From Azolla caroliniana (Eukaryota; Plantae; Polypodiophyta), in contig JBHGNT010000018.1 in assembly GCA_043228905.1 (NCBI GenBank), positions 14,818,001-14,882,000 on the forward strand: a stretch of DNA of 64,000 nucleotides, written 5' to 3'. The notes under the pieces are model-generated. The model saw nothing but the letters and a program-made list of their open reading frames with translations, was not told where the DNA came from and did no database searches. Position numbers and translations under genes: made by a program. Shown piece after piece: positions 1 to 12,833 of the stretch (positions within the stretch are counted from its first letter, which is position 1; the number at the start of each line of letters is the position of its first letter).

Positions 1-1046
1 CCCAATCATGGGATTTAAATTGGACAATGGAACATAAGTAAAAGAGTTATATCATGGTACAAAAGTGTGATGGCATGTAGTATGTTCTATAAAGGAATGG
101 TTATGTGATGAGACTACGTTCATTTCCATCCAAGCTCCTTGAAAAGGACTGGGGTTGAAGGGTTTCGATGTGGGTGTGGCCCATGGTATTGATGTAATGG
201 TATCATGAGCATAGGTTCTAGGAGAGGTAAATGATATTCTCTTATCTTCTTAATGTCTACTGCACGACAACAAGTTACTTTGAAAGCCCGATATTCGAGG
301 GCGTTTGATTGCTCTCTTGTTTTCTGCTTCATAGAGGGAGAGACTGAGTGATTTAGGTGTGTTCATGTTCATTGTTCGGGCCCCTATTCTTGAAATAATT
401 CAATGGTTATGCCTACCTAGTTTGTTTATGTCTGAGGTATCCAATAATTGGGAGAGACATAAGTGCGAGCCAGATTGGAGTCTCCAGAGCCAGCCTTGGA
501 CAAGAAAAGTCAGAACGGGATGGAAGAGCACGAGCCGGATCAGATAGATCTGAAGTAGACTGGAAACCAGATCTGGAGACACATCCTGTAGGATCCAGAT
601 GAAGCATCCAGAAATGGCCATATTTGTAAATAGGTTTTGTTGTGCCTATTTGGGCCAGAATTATAAATAGCCCTAAAGTTCTATTAGTGTAAATACAACA
701 AGGGCAAATCATTAGACTGTGATGAATTGTTAGTGTTGGTAGTTTCCTTCGTAACCAAGTGTGTGTATGAGAGTAAGAGTGTGTTGTAACTCTATTGTAA
801 CCGTCGTCTAAAGAGGAGGTCAAGGTTGTTGCCTTAGACTCTCCTGTGTATATTCCTCTTACCATAGTGATATAGTTCAGAGTTTGTGGACTCCCGTGAC
901 TTTTCCCCTTTCTAGGTTTTCCACGTAAAATACTTGTGTCTCTGTGCCTTTGTCTTTCCGTCTTCTGTCATTTCTGCCATTTCAATCTTTTCACTCGCAT
1001 TTGCACACATGATAACCGTTTGTGGCTGGTAGTATCCTCATCAAAC

Positions 1047-1058
1047 TGGTATCATAGC
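1047..1058 (+). promoter_or_regulatory. Primer-binding site for tRNA-iMet
   Basis: tggtatcatagc, one mismatch to TGGTATCAGAGC, 3 nt after the LTR CA. Confidence 0.85.
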
Positions 1059-2818
1059 AATGGACAAACATCTTGATGGAATGTTCAAGTTAACCGGATC
1101 CAACTACTCTATGTGAAAGTCAAAGATGCAGGACATGTTGGTGTGAAAAGACCTATGGCTGCCAGTGCAATTTAAAGATGGAAAACTAGAAAAAATTGAT
1201 GCATCGACCTGGGAGGTGATGCATATGATGACAACAACGTATATAAGATGTTTTATAGACATGATTCTATATAACAACTTAAACAAGGAGACCAAGGCGA
1301 ACATCCTATGGAAGAAGATCGACATAATGTTTGAGAACAAGAATGTCGTCAACAGAGTCTCAGTATTCTGGAAGATTGTTAGACTCTGGTATACAGGATG
1401 ACTCCAGCATGGAAGAGCACTTGAATGCCTTCTAGGGACCAATAAACCAAAGCACCTCTCTAGAAGTACCACTTGCCGACAAGGTACTAGCACTGTTGAT
1501 GCCGGGATCCCTTTTAGATAGTTGGGAAATGTTGCTTGTCACATTCGGTAATGCCAAACTAAAAGGGAAACACCTATCCCTAGAGACGGTGAAGTTGAGC
1601 TTGTTGAATGAGGAAGCTTGCTAGAAGGACAAAGAGTCTGTAACCGACCCGAAGGACTTAGTCACAGAAGGTGACATGAACCGGGGAAGAGGCCGGAAGA
1701 GAAGTCCCTAGAACCAGGAGAAGTCGGGGACAAGGTCAAAGTTGAGAGAAAGGCCCATGTGCTTCTATTGTAGGAAGTCGAGGCATTCCCAGAAGAGTTG
1801 TCGACATTTCCTGAAAGAGAAATGGGGAGCTGATGGTCTAGAGCTGAAGAAGATTCCGGACAGAAAAGGCACCTCAGGCGATTGCGACAAGTGAAGAGGA
1901 ACTAATGCTGATTAGTGAGTAGACTGATGTGCACTATGTCAGCGACGAAACAACATAGGTGGTTGACTCTGGAGCGTCGTTCCACTTGACCCCTGACCAG
2001 AAATGCTTCTCATCATACAGAGCTGAAGAACACGGTTTTGTGAATATGGGAAATGAAGGAGCATGCTGAATCATCGGTATTGGAGATGTGTACTGGTTAA
2101 CTTCAACTAGGTGCAAATTGGTGCTAACAGATGTGAGACACGTTCCAGAGGTCAGATTGAATTTGATCGCTAGATGATGAAGGCTACACGGGTATCTTCC
2201 GGAACGACACTCTAAAGTTTTGCAAGGGAAACCTGATTGTGGCTCGAGCTTGGATGTCAAACACATTGTATTTGATGCATGCTCAACAATGCCGAGAGGA
2301 AGTAAATGTGGCAGCCGGCACAACCGGTGAGATGTGGGACATGAGTGAAAAGGGGATGTGGAAGCTTGCCGAGGATAACCTCGTTCCGGAGGTGAAGAAT
2401 GTGCAACTCGATAAGGGCACCGATTGTTTAGTTGGGAAGCAGAACATAGCCTCCTTCCGATCTAGGCCCCCGATGAGGAAGAAGATGCCACTAGAACTCG
2501 TCCATACGGATGTATGTTACGTAGATACAAAATCTCATGCTGTTTCACAATATTTCATGACCTTCATAAACGAGTGTAATTGGAAGCTATGGGCTTCCGT
2601 ATTGAAGATCAAGGACCAAGTGTTATTGGTCATCAAGGAGTTCCAAGTGAGAGCCGAGAGAAACACATGCGTGATCTAAAAGTGGTTAGAATGGATAACA
2701 AAGGAGCATACCAAGGACAGTTCGAGGAGTGTTTCCGGTCGAAGGGAATCCGGATCGAATACATCATGCCGAAGACACCAAAGTTTAATGGGCTAGCCGA
2801 GAGAATGAGTTAGACCGT

Positions 2819-3750
2819 TGTCGTGATGTTTTCAACACATAGTGTGAAACCACCACAAAAAAAAGAATAAAGTAGTAGTTGAAATAAACTAATATTGTAA
2901 AGTCAACTTTTGTAATAAATGATGAAAAGATACGAAGGTAGAAGCGAATTTTCAAAAGAAAAAAAAAATAGAAAAAGTAAAAAAAATAAAATAATAATAA
3001 ACGCAAAAAAAACGCAAGGCGTGGAATTGAGGAGCAAGGTAGAGAAAAAAGCTCATAATTTGCTCATCCGGTGTCCAAATCAGAAAAAAAACATTCATAA
3101 GAAAGCTAACTCAAAGGGCTTTTCAAAAATAGATTTCATCTCTAATTTGGACTTACAAAAATAAAATAGTGATAGAAATAAAACGGAACTCATATAGACA
3201 AGCTTTTTTTTAGGAGAAAAATAAAGCAAACCATAGTAAACTTATAAATAAGAGCTTATTTTAAGAAGAAGGGGGAGACGAGGATTGAATAAGAAAAGAA
3301 AAGATTTATATTTCCTCTCTCATACTCTTATACCCCAAAAGGGGAGATAGAAAAAAATAAATAAATCATGTATCAAAACAAGTCCATTATATTGATGATT
3401 TGTAATAAAAACTTTCCATATTTCTTCTCTTATGCTCTCTTATTTTAAACATTGTTTATGTATAAAGATAATTAAGTGTCATTCATACTCCCGTAATCTA
3501 AGCTTTTCTTAGTTATTAGCATTATTAAGTATTATTCAATCTCACATAATCTCCTACTCGAAGATTTGCTTATGCATAAATGTAATTAACTATTATTCGA
3601 TCTCTTATACTACTAATTTATTCTTATTAGAGAGAAATCGCTCATCTTTAAAGCCTAAAATACATTAAGTGTAAAGCCCTAAATCCTTCCTGTCCAGAAC
3701 CCCGACGGTTCCGCCTCACGATCCGCGGTTATTGGCGGATTTTCATGACA
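2819..3750 (-). mobile_element. Solo LTR (932 bp), probably of the Phygy-like Gypsy lineage, inserted in the Copia A integrase
   Basis: TGTCGTGA...TCATGACA inverted termini; 4-bp TSD ccgt/tcgt; excision restores ERM-x-x-TVMERVRSM; the minus strand shares the aggcggaacc motif with the LTR at 28199. Confidence 0.8.
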
Positions 3751-5548
3751 TCGTCATGGAGAGAGTCCGAAGCATGCTTGCACATGCAAAATTGTCCAAG
3801 ACGTTTTGGGTTGAGCTGCAGATGAAAACGGTTTATGTGATAAATAAATCACCCTCAGTACACTTGGACAGAGATATTCCACAAAGGTTGTGGAATAACA
3901 AAGGCATGTTGTACCGGAATTTGAGGGTGTTCTCTTGTCTTGCCTATGTGGATGCAACAAAGGACTAGAGGGGAAAACTAGACCTAAAAACTCGACCATG
4001 CATATTCATGGGATATGATGACGATGAGTTCGGCTACCGGCTATGAGACTTAGCCAAGAAGAAAGTGATCTGGAGCCGAGACATAGTCTTCATGGAGGAG
4101 AAAACTATTGTCGATTATGAGGAGAAGTTGGGAACGTCCTCCCAACCAATCATAAGTGAAATACCGGCTAAAGAACAAGGTGACCCGACCATATCCAGAC
4201 AAGGAGTCAGATCGGTCGAAGACCAATCGAGAGCCGAATCTAGAGCCAGAACGATCGGAAGGTATCCAATTAGATAGGAAGAAGTAGCCGACTCTGAATC
4301 AGATGACGAACCATCCAAAGTAGAAGTGGAATAATCTAGCGAGCTGGCTGATGAGAATAGAAGAAGAACATCCCGTCTAAGGTATAAAGGCTGGATTGTG
4401 GTGAAGGGCTTCTAGTAGAAGAAGGGTGTCGACTTCAACGAGATATTGCCCCTAGTAATAAAGATGACATCCATCCAGATGGTGTTGAGCATAGTGGCCA
4501 CCATGGATCTCGAAGTCGAACAACTAGATGTCAAGATGACCTTCCTGCATGGTGACCTTGAAGAGGAGATATATGTTGGGAAATTGGTCCATCCGGATGG
4601 GATCAGATGAGCCGGATCAAAACCGGTGTGAACTAGAAGTAGGAACATATTACTAAATATGTTTTGATGCGCCTGTTGAGGCCATACTTGTAAATAGGGC
4701 GAAAGTTATATGAGTATAAATAACTAGGGCAAAACTTATTGAGTTATGATTTATTGAGTAGTTATCACTATATATATATAGAGAGAGAGAGATACAAGAA
4801 GCATATCCATTGTAACCACATGTTAGCGAAGAGTTGGAGTAAAAGGTCATTGCCTCTGTGTCTACCGTGTATCCTATTTCCTTTCCTTAATGATTCAATT
4901 CAGAGTCTGTGGACTCCCGTGGTTTTGCCTCTCGAGGTTTTCCACGTTAACATACCATGTCGAGTTATTCCTGTGTAAGTGCATCAATCTCCTATTTCTT
5001 ATTCAGTTTCTTCCATAGTGAGTTTGGAACTCAGTTGTGGCCAAGGAAAATCCTCTCAAACTGGTATAGAGCGAAGTTGTAAAATTCAAACAAAAAAAGT
5101 GAAATGGAAGATTTATTCAGAGGCATGTTCAAGCTCACCGACTCCAACTACTCAATTTGGAAGTCGAAGATGACGGACATGTTGGTGGTTAAAAATCTTT
5201 GGTTGCTGGTACAATTTGATGTCGCGACTTGGGAAGTGATGCATATGAAGATGACGGCATACATAAGATGCTTCATCGAAATGAACATCTACAATAACTT
5301 TAACAAAGAGAACAAGTATGATGTTCTCTGGGAGAAGATCGACATTATGTTGGAGAACAAGAATCCTCTGAATTGAGTCTCAATATTTCGGAAAATAGTA
5401 AGGCTTGAATATCAAGATGGTGCTAGTATGGCAGAGCATATGAATGCTTTCCAGGGGCTGATAAACCAGACCACCTCGCTCGAAGTACCGCTAGCCGACG
5501 AGGTACTGGCATTGTTGGTGCTCGGATCCCTTCCGGATAGTTGAGAGA

Positions 5549-7259
5549 TGTTGGATCCCTTGAAAGTGACCAAGGAGGTTACAAGTATTTATACAAGTTC
5601 TGAGATGGAATATCTCTAGAATATACACGATAAATACCTCTAGAATATACCTGTTTAGAATACACCATAGAATATTTCTAGAATATACTAAAGTCTAGAA
5701 TATTCTGGAATGTACTATATGCTAGAATATATAGTATTAGGTATTATGTACAAATACATGCTCATATCCAAATGGTTAAGCATGATGTCTTGTTGAAGTG
5801 AGGTTGTAGGTTTAATCTTCACCAACTAAGTGTATGTCAATGTGTCATGACATTATCCTCCCCTTTACGGTTGCCTTTTCGACAATGTGGTGTAGGGGCG
5901 AGCGGCAATTGGAGCACCAACAGATGTGAACAAGCATGTGTGGTTCTCACCAAAGACTGGAATACCGACGGGCGTGAGCGACCATGTGCAGACCTCATCG
6001 GGAACTGGAACACAAACGGGAGTGAGTGGTCATGCAGTCCTTACCGGGAACTAGAACGGGAATTGGAACATGAACGGGCATGACCGACCATGTGCGACCG
6101 TCACGAGGAACTGGAACACGAACCAAAGTGAGCGACCATGTGCAGCACTCGCCGGGAACTTGAACACGAACTAAAGTAAGCGACCATGCGTCCCTAACCA
6201 GGAACAAGAACACCACCAAGTGAAGGAGTGCAAATGAAGAGGTTGACTCAAATTCTTCTATCATGAGAAACCGACGCGATCCCCACCAAGAACGTGAGCG
6301 GTTATGACCCCCACTGGAACTAGAAGGTGAGCGATCAAAATCGATCCTCATCAAAAGAAAGTGGAGCAAAATGTAGAACAATTGAAAATGGAGTGCAAAC
6401 GAGCAATGATTCGATCCCCACCAGGAAAGTGAGCGGGTGTGACCCGCACCGGAACTAGAAAGTGAGCAATCGAAATTGATCCTCGTCAAAAGAAAGTGGA
6501 GTGAAATGAAAATGAAGTGCAAGCGAGAAATGATTCAATCCCACTAGGAAAGTGAGTGGTTGTGACCCCCATCGGAACTATGAAGGTGAGCGATCAAAAT
6601 CAATCCATTTGATGAAGACAAGAAAAGATGTTGAAAGTGATAATGTCGAAGAAGACAAGGAAACGAAGACGATGACAATGAGGAAGTGTCTCTAAAACAA
6701 AGGTTGCTGATGAAGTTAACTTTGGAAGCAAGGTATGTGACGATGGTAACTCTAGAAGCAAGGGCGATGATGAAGACGGGTGATGCTTCTAGTTGGAAGG
6801 GATTCAAACTGTCACAGAGACCCCAACCGCAGACTCGGATGAAGCACGGATGATGGGGCTACAACCATGGAACTTAAGAATCTGAGAAGGACACAAGAGC
6901 ATGAAGACAAAGATGAAGAACGAGACAAGATGGAATGGAACAAGAATACTAGATTGATGTCTCAATTACTAGTGTTGAATCCCTTGAAAGGGACGAAGGA
7001 GGTTACAAGTATTTATACAAGTTCTGAGATGGAATATCTCTAGAATATACACAATAAATACCTCTAGAATATACTTGTTTAGAATACACCATAGAATATT
7101 TCTAGAATATTCTGGAATGTACTATATGCTAGAATATATAGTATGAAATATTATATACAAATACATGCTCATATCCAAATGGTTAAGCATGATGTCTTGT
7201 TGAAGTGAGATTGTAGGTTCAATAACCACCAACTATGTGTATGCCATTGTGTCGTGATA
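5549..7259 (-). mobile_element. Non-autonomous TRIM-like LTR element: 5' LTR 6810-7259, non-coding internal region 5853-6809, 3' LTR 5549-5852 truncated by a deletion
   Basis: Direct repeat 5549-5852 / 6973-7259; minus-strand PPT aaaggggaggataa at 5853-5866; LTR end tgtgaca followed by a self-complementary PBS; no coding domains; second copy at 25348-26238. Confidence 0.8.
5920..6600. repeat. Internal tandem repeats of the TRIM: ~45-bp units (gagcgaccatgtgc...ggaactggaacacgaac) and ~125-135-bp units (ccccaccaggaaagtgagtggttgtgacccc...ggaacta)
   Basis: Repeated motifs at ~5975, 6085, 6130, 6180 and 6281, 6417, 6540; the longer unit recurs at ~25386 and ~25509. Confidence 0.75.
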
Positions 7260-7849
7260 CGACCAACAAAGATTGGTTGGAAGATACAAGGATCAATCCA
7301 GTCGGAAATTGGATGTCAGCCGAAGACCATTGTGAATCGGCCGGACTTGGACAAAGAACTGACCAAAGAAGGATCGGATGCCTGAATTGGACAATAACTC
7401 GAATCAAATTCGGATAAAGAACCGACTGAAGAACTGGTGGCCGAAAACCAAGGAAGAAGATACCCTCTTAGAGAGAGAAGGACTCCCCAGAGATTTTTGG
7501 ATGCAGAGCATGTTTTACTTACCGACAAGGGGGAGCTAGAAAGATTCGAAGAAGCAAAGAAAGACACTCATATCCGCAAGTGGTTAAGTGCCATGCAAGA
7601 CGAGATGGATTCATTGCATGAGAACCACAATATGAATTGACGAAGCCACTGGAAGGAAAGAGAGCACTCTGGAACAAGTGAGTGTACAAGTTGAAACCAG
7701 GAGACGCCGGAAATCCACCGAGGTAGAAAGCCCACATTGTGGTGAAGGGCTTACAACAAAAGAAAGGAGTGGACTTCGACGAGATATTTGCCTCGGTAGA
7801 AAAGATGACATCCATCTGGACGATTTTGAGCGTTGTTACCCATAGGAGT

Positions 7850-10706
7850 TGTACTGGGCGGTATAAGGGTAAAACACATTGAAGGGGTTGTCCGGTATGT
7901 GTAATGTATATGAGTGTGAAGATGAGTATGTGTGAGCACATGCACAATTATGTGCATATGACAAGAGTATAACGGTCTCTTTTGTAAAGGTCATTATTTA
8001 CAGTTACATTTTGTATTATATAAACCCCTTATGGGGCATGTAATGGATAGGCATTTTTCCCTCTCATTTTGGTGTCTTTGTGTATTTGTCTTTCTCTCTA
8101 GCTCTCTCTCTAACTTAACCCCCTTGGGAGGGGGGTGAAGCCATTCTAGGCTTCACCCCCCACCCCAACAACACTTTTGGCACGCTCCAAAGGATGACCC
8201 TCCCTTGAGAAGAAGTCACGTTTCCCTCCCTTGCTCTCCCTCTCCAACTAACGTCTCTCTCTCCCTCTCTATGTGTGTATGTGTCTGTTGAGAAACATAC
8301 AACTCAAGTTTGGACGCCATGGATTTCAAGCAAGTAAGGAAGTGTATGCAGCCATACAAAGCTAAACAGATCGAGGAAGCTGAGAGAAAGCATGTTTAGG
8401 AAGCAAGAAGAAGAGTTGAGCTCCATGGCGGTTCCCTGTTCTAGAGATGCCATGGCAAAATATGTCCATAGTTAGGCCTCCCAACTATGTCTCTACAAGT
8501 TGCTGCAAGGTCCCAAAAAGAAGGGGCTTTAGACCTTTGGTCAGACAAAGATGGACCTGAACGTTTTTTAATCTCAAGCTCTTCAGGGCTATGGCCTCTA
8601 TCATGACTCCCCACTCAATCTCTTTCTTCCCAACTCTTTGCCCCATCCCCCCTTTTACCCTTCTTCATTCATCATTCAGTACTGCACAAAACCCTAATCC
8701 TAAAAGCTAGACACATAGTTAGATCCTTCTCTTACATTTTCCTTTTGTGACAAAACCCCTAATCCACGATCTTCCGTCCCTACTTGATCACCTTGTGGTA
8801 TTGTTGAGCCCTAGCTAGCCTCCCCTTCTTGTTCCATTGCGAAGCTCTAGTCAGTTGCTCTGCAACAGTCATCCCATCAATGTTATTTTTATAGATGTAG
8901 GACACGTTATGCAAGTATGTGTGGTTGCTGTCAAGAAAGGTCAGTCGAAAGTGATGAGTCATGCTTTTGACTGATCCCTAAGTGCAAGGGACTATGATGA
9001 ATTTCTATTTGATGATCCCTAAGTTCAATACAAGTACAAGATTGATGCCCATTCTGATGCAAGAGCATTACACATTCTTACTAAGATTCTTACAAATTAC
9101 CAAGATTTTTACTAATGTCTTCAAGGAGCCTAGCAGGACCAAGAATGCTAGTGAATGTATGGCTCGAGGTTGTGTTGTCTAGTGTGCTATGTCTTGAGTG
9201 AAAAGGATCTACCCTAACTCTAAAGGAGGAGGAACTTCTTTAGAGACTATCCAACAGCCCCTACAGACGGTCGGACGATCGAACGGACGAAGATAATCAA
9301 CAGACGGCGACGGTCGGACAAACGTCCGAAAGCCGGCAGACGGGCAACCGCAGACACAGCCACGGAGAGGGACTGCCAACGACCATGGAGACAACCGAAG
9401 GACAACCGACCCTGAAGGACAGCCGAAAGACTCTAACAGAGGTCCGACGACCGGCGAACGGTGACAGCCGGCCGATGGCAACAGTCGAGAATGACCATGG
9501 GCGAGAGCACGGCCAAGACGCGGCCGAGAGTATGGCTAAGTGATGGCCGGAAAACGAAGGCTAAGAGACGCGACGAAAAGCATAGCTGAGATGCGTGGCC
9601 TAGAATACGCCGAGATGTGTGGCCCAGATTACGGCCGAGATGCGTGGCAGAGACGCGTGGCCCAGAATATGGCCGAGATGCACGACCTAGAATACGGCTG
9701 AGGCGCGTGGCCGAGAGTATGGCCAAGACGCGTTTCCAAGGCGCACGACCAAGATATGGCCAAGAAACCGAGCGTGGCTGAGATGCAACTGAACGGTTGC
9801 CAATAGATGGCCACAGATAGAGTTGGCCAGTAGGTTGGACAATGGACAACAGGGCAATAGAGGCGACGCACAGGTAGATGGAGACGGGCCAAAGACTGCC
9901 AATGGAAGAAGAAGAACCAAGAAGAGGAAAGGAAGAAATGAGAAGATACGTGGAAGACAGAAGGATGCACGGAAAACAGAAGAAGAAAAAGGAAAAGAGG
10001 TGAACAAGATCGAAACGGGGGAGCAAGGGAAAGGAAGGGGAACAAAAGACAGATAGAAGAAGACCGACGCAGAGAAGAAAGAGAAAACATACGCAGAGAA
10101 AATGAAAAAAATTTGAAGAAGAGGGGCAGAAAAAAAAAAAATTTGAAGAAATAGAAGGGCATTCTACACAGTTTCAGAAACGTAAGGGCAGAGAGGAAAT
10201 TTTCAATAATTCGAGGGCATACCATCAAGGGCATAAAATAAAATTCAAAAAATTTGAGGGTAAAAACTTTAGAGACCAAGGGTAAAAATATACAAAGCTC
10301 AATTCACATGACGAAACAGAAAAATACACATACATGTAATAGAATCATGAAAGGGTCATGCCGCAATGAAGGAGCCAATTGGTGTACGGGGCGGTATAAG
10401 GGTAAAACATGTTGAAGGGGTTGTTCGGTATGTGTAATGTATATGAGTGTGAAGATGAGTATGTGTGAGCACATGCACAATTATGTGCATGTGACAAGAG
10501 TGTAACGGTCTCTTTTGTAACGGTCATTATTTGCAGTTACATTTTGTATTATATAAACCCCTTATGGGGCATGTAATGGATAGGCATTTTTCCCTCTCAT
10601 TTTGGTGTATTTGTGTATTTGTCTTTCTCTCTAGCTCTCTCTCTAACTTAACCCCCTTGGGAGGGGGGTGAAGCCATTCTAGGCTTCACTCCCCACCGCA
10701 ACAACA
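7850..10706 (+). mobile_element. Non-autonomous LTR element with 324-bp LTRs (7850-8173, 10383-10706) and ~2.2 kb non-coding interior, inserted in the Copia B RT
   Basis: Highly similar direct repeats TG...CA; PBS-like tggcacgc ~4 nt after the 5' LTR; no retroelement ORFs; no clean TSD. Confidence 0.75.
9490..9830. repeat. Degenerate GC-rich minisatellite (ggccgagatgcgt / ggccaaga units)
   Basis: Many imperfect 11-13-bp units visible; they generate the spurious repetitive minus-strand ORFs here. Confidence 0.7.
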
Positions 10707-11573
10707 AGCAGAGCAGCAAGCATGGTTCTCGAGGTCGAACAATTAGATGTAAAAACTGCATTCTTGCACTGTGACCTCGCGGAGGAGATCTACATGCCGC
10801 AATCGGAGGGATTCATCAAGAAAGGGAAGGAGAACTTGGTGTGCCGGTTGAAGAAGAGCTTATACGGATTTGTAAAAATAGCATGCAAAAGCTTGTAGAC
10901 AAAACCAACTTCACCCACGACATATTGCTCTCACAACGACAGAATGTGTTGAATATGTTGTACAAGTTCAGCATTACGGGTTGCTGACTAGTCTCTACAC
11001 CCCTGGACCGGAACCTGAAGCTTTGTCCCGACTCCGGACCGGCCTGCAACGAGAGACAGTTTTGAAAAATTGTCGAAAGCCTTAATATTTACTTAACGAT
11101 AACCCGACCTGACATCAGCTATCCGGTCAGAGTGATCAGCCAATTTATGCAAAGGAGATCGTTGAGCATGTGTCATGATATGGCAAGACTCGAACCCATG
11201 ACCTTAGGTTGACCATTAGATCATCTATTGTAATACGTAGGATATTATTTTCATTTACATTTTATTATAGGAAATTATTGTATATTCCATATTTCTCTGG
11301 AACATTCTAGAAGCTTCAGGATTACTCCTGAAAACACTATAAAAGAGGGCACTAGGCATTATGTTGAACCAAATTGGTTCAACGCCAGTCTTAAGCCTTT
11401 TAACCACCATTGTATATTCTCTTCATATAATACATATCTTTCTTATCATCACTCTCTCTCTCTCTCGATCTCTCTCTTTCTCTCTGTCTCAATCACTTCT
11501 TCCTTCTCTCGAAGAAGTTCCACACCTCTCATAGTACTAATTCCTTCTCTATCTCAGTACTGTTCATGACAGT

Positions 11574-11585
11574 TTGAACCAATTT
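11574..11585 (+). promoter_or_regulatory. Self-priming PBS (Tf1/sushi type)
   Basis: ttgaaccaattt is the exact reverse complement of aaattggttcaa (11371-11382), which lies ~33 nt downstream of the TATA at 11338; no TGG tRNA-type PBS. Confidence 0.8.
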
Positions 11586-11645
11586 TCCCTACCTTCTGTC
11601 TCTCTCATTTCCTACTAATCTTTTATTCCTCTTTTCTTTCATCCC

Positions 11646-12794
11646 ATGGCCACTGTTAGCGCTGAAGAATATCAATCTATTTTCTCGGAATTTCAATGCT
11701 TGAAGGAGAAGTTCCATGCTTCGGAACAAGAAAACCAACGGTTGCTGGGGGATCTTCAGCAAATCTCCTTAGAAAAGCCGAAAACGCAACAACATGGGGA
11801 ACTTGTGTTACGCGTGCAACAACTCGAAGCAACCATCGTAGCGATGCAACAACAAGGGCCCGGAACACAAGGGATTCATAAAGAACCCAAGATTGGCCTT
11901 CCCACGAAGTTCGATGGAACACGATCGCAGTTTAGAGGGTTCCTTAACCAGGTACGATTAGTTATTCAAATGCATCCTTCCCGATATCCCACCGATGCAT
12001 CACGAGTGGGTTTAGTAGGCACTTTGTTAAGTGGCTCAGCGTTGTCATGGTTCGCTCCACTATTAGAAAAGGAATCTCCGTTACTCAACAATTTTGAAGA
12101 GTTTCTAGGTGAGTTTAAAGCATGTTTCGGAGATACTGACAGCATCAGGACCACAATCAACAAAATCCGGCGATTACGCCAAGGTGACTATCCAGCCTCC
12201 GCATACGCTGCAGATTTTCGCCTACTCGCCGTCAATATCCCTTGGGATGATCAAGCGTTGATGGAGCAATTCCGTTATGGTTTACGCAACGACGTCAAGG
12301 ATTTACTATTGACCTTCCCCGAAGAGCCAAAGTCCTTAACAGAAGCAATTAGTTGCGCGGTGAGATGTGACAACCGCCTCTTTGAGCGACATTCGGAACA
12401 ACAGCTACAGATGCCGAGGGCAAGATCAGAGCCCACCTACGCCTCAGTGGTAGCAAGACCTTTTCCGAAGGAGTCATATAATGCGCCTCCAGCGAATACT
12501 CCGACTCCGATGGAGATTGACACTACACATTGTCGAGGGCCATTATCCGAAGAAGAAAAGCAGCGACGCCGTACAAATCGACTATGTCTTTAGTGCGGTG
12601 GACCAGGACATATCGCAATAAATTGCCCCCATAGGCCAAGAAGACAGGTAAACCAAATAGTCGCTAGTTCTAATTGTACTAAATCCGAGCCTATTTCAGT
12701 AGGGATATCTGATAGTCCTAATAGTACTAATATCCCAGATCTAGCAAACAAATTTGATGTCCTTAGTTAGTTAGAAGAAGAGTTAAACGACTAA
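11646..12794 (+). pseudogene. gag: Chromovirus Gag (PEG10/sushi-like capsid, CCHC knuckle) with premature stops at 12591 and 12768
   Basis: LPTKFDG...FLNQ, YAADFR, PMEID, CL*CGGPGHIAINC. Confidence 0.9.
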
Positions 12795-12833
12795 GTCCAG
12801 CCAAAATAGGAGCCGTTTGGTTGGACAACCCTA
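12782..12833 (+). promoter_or_regulatory. Putative -1 ribosomal frameshift signal between gag and pol
   Basis: G_TTA_AAC in the gag frame, 6-nt spacer, 11-bp stem 12795-12805/12816-12826; protease ORF is in the -1 frame and open from the site. Confidence 0.75.

Larger units (their letters stand above)
447..4573 (+). mobile_element. Degenerate Ty1/Copia element A (5' LTR ~447-1043, gag-PR-INT and partial RT), interrupted by a solo LTR and by Copia B
   Basis: LTR ends CA at 1043; PBS tggtatcatagc at 1047-1058; gag MDKHLDGMFKLTGSNY from 1060; VVDSGASFH protease; LELVHTDVC and NGLAERM integrase; QLDVKMTFLHGDLEEEIY RT. Many stops. LTR start is uncertain. Confidence 0.85.

Noticed and set aside
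1-440. Possible coding remnant at the window start
   Set aside because: No motif I can assign
6544-6807. Conserved hydrophobic ORF MNPFQLEAS in both TRIM copies, possibly env-like
   Set aside because: Starts at a TTG within the PBS, derives from 30-bp repeats, and the frames diverge between copies
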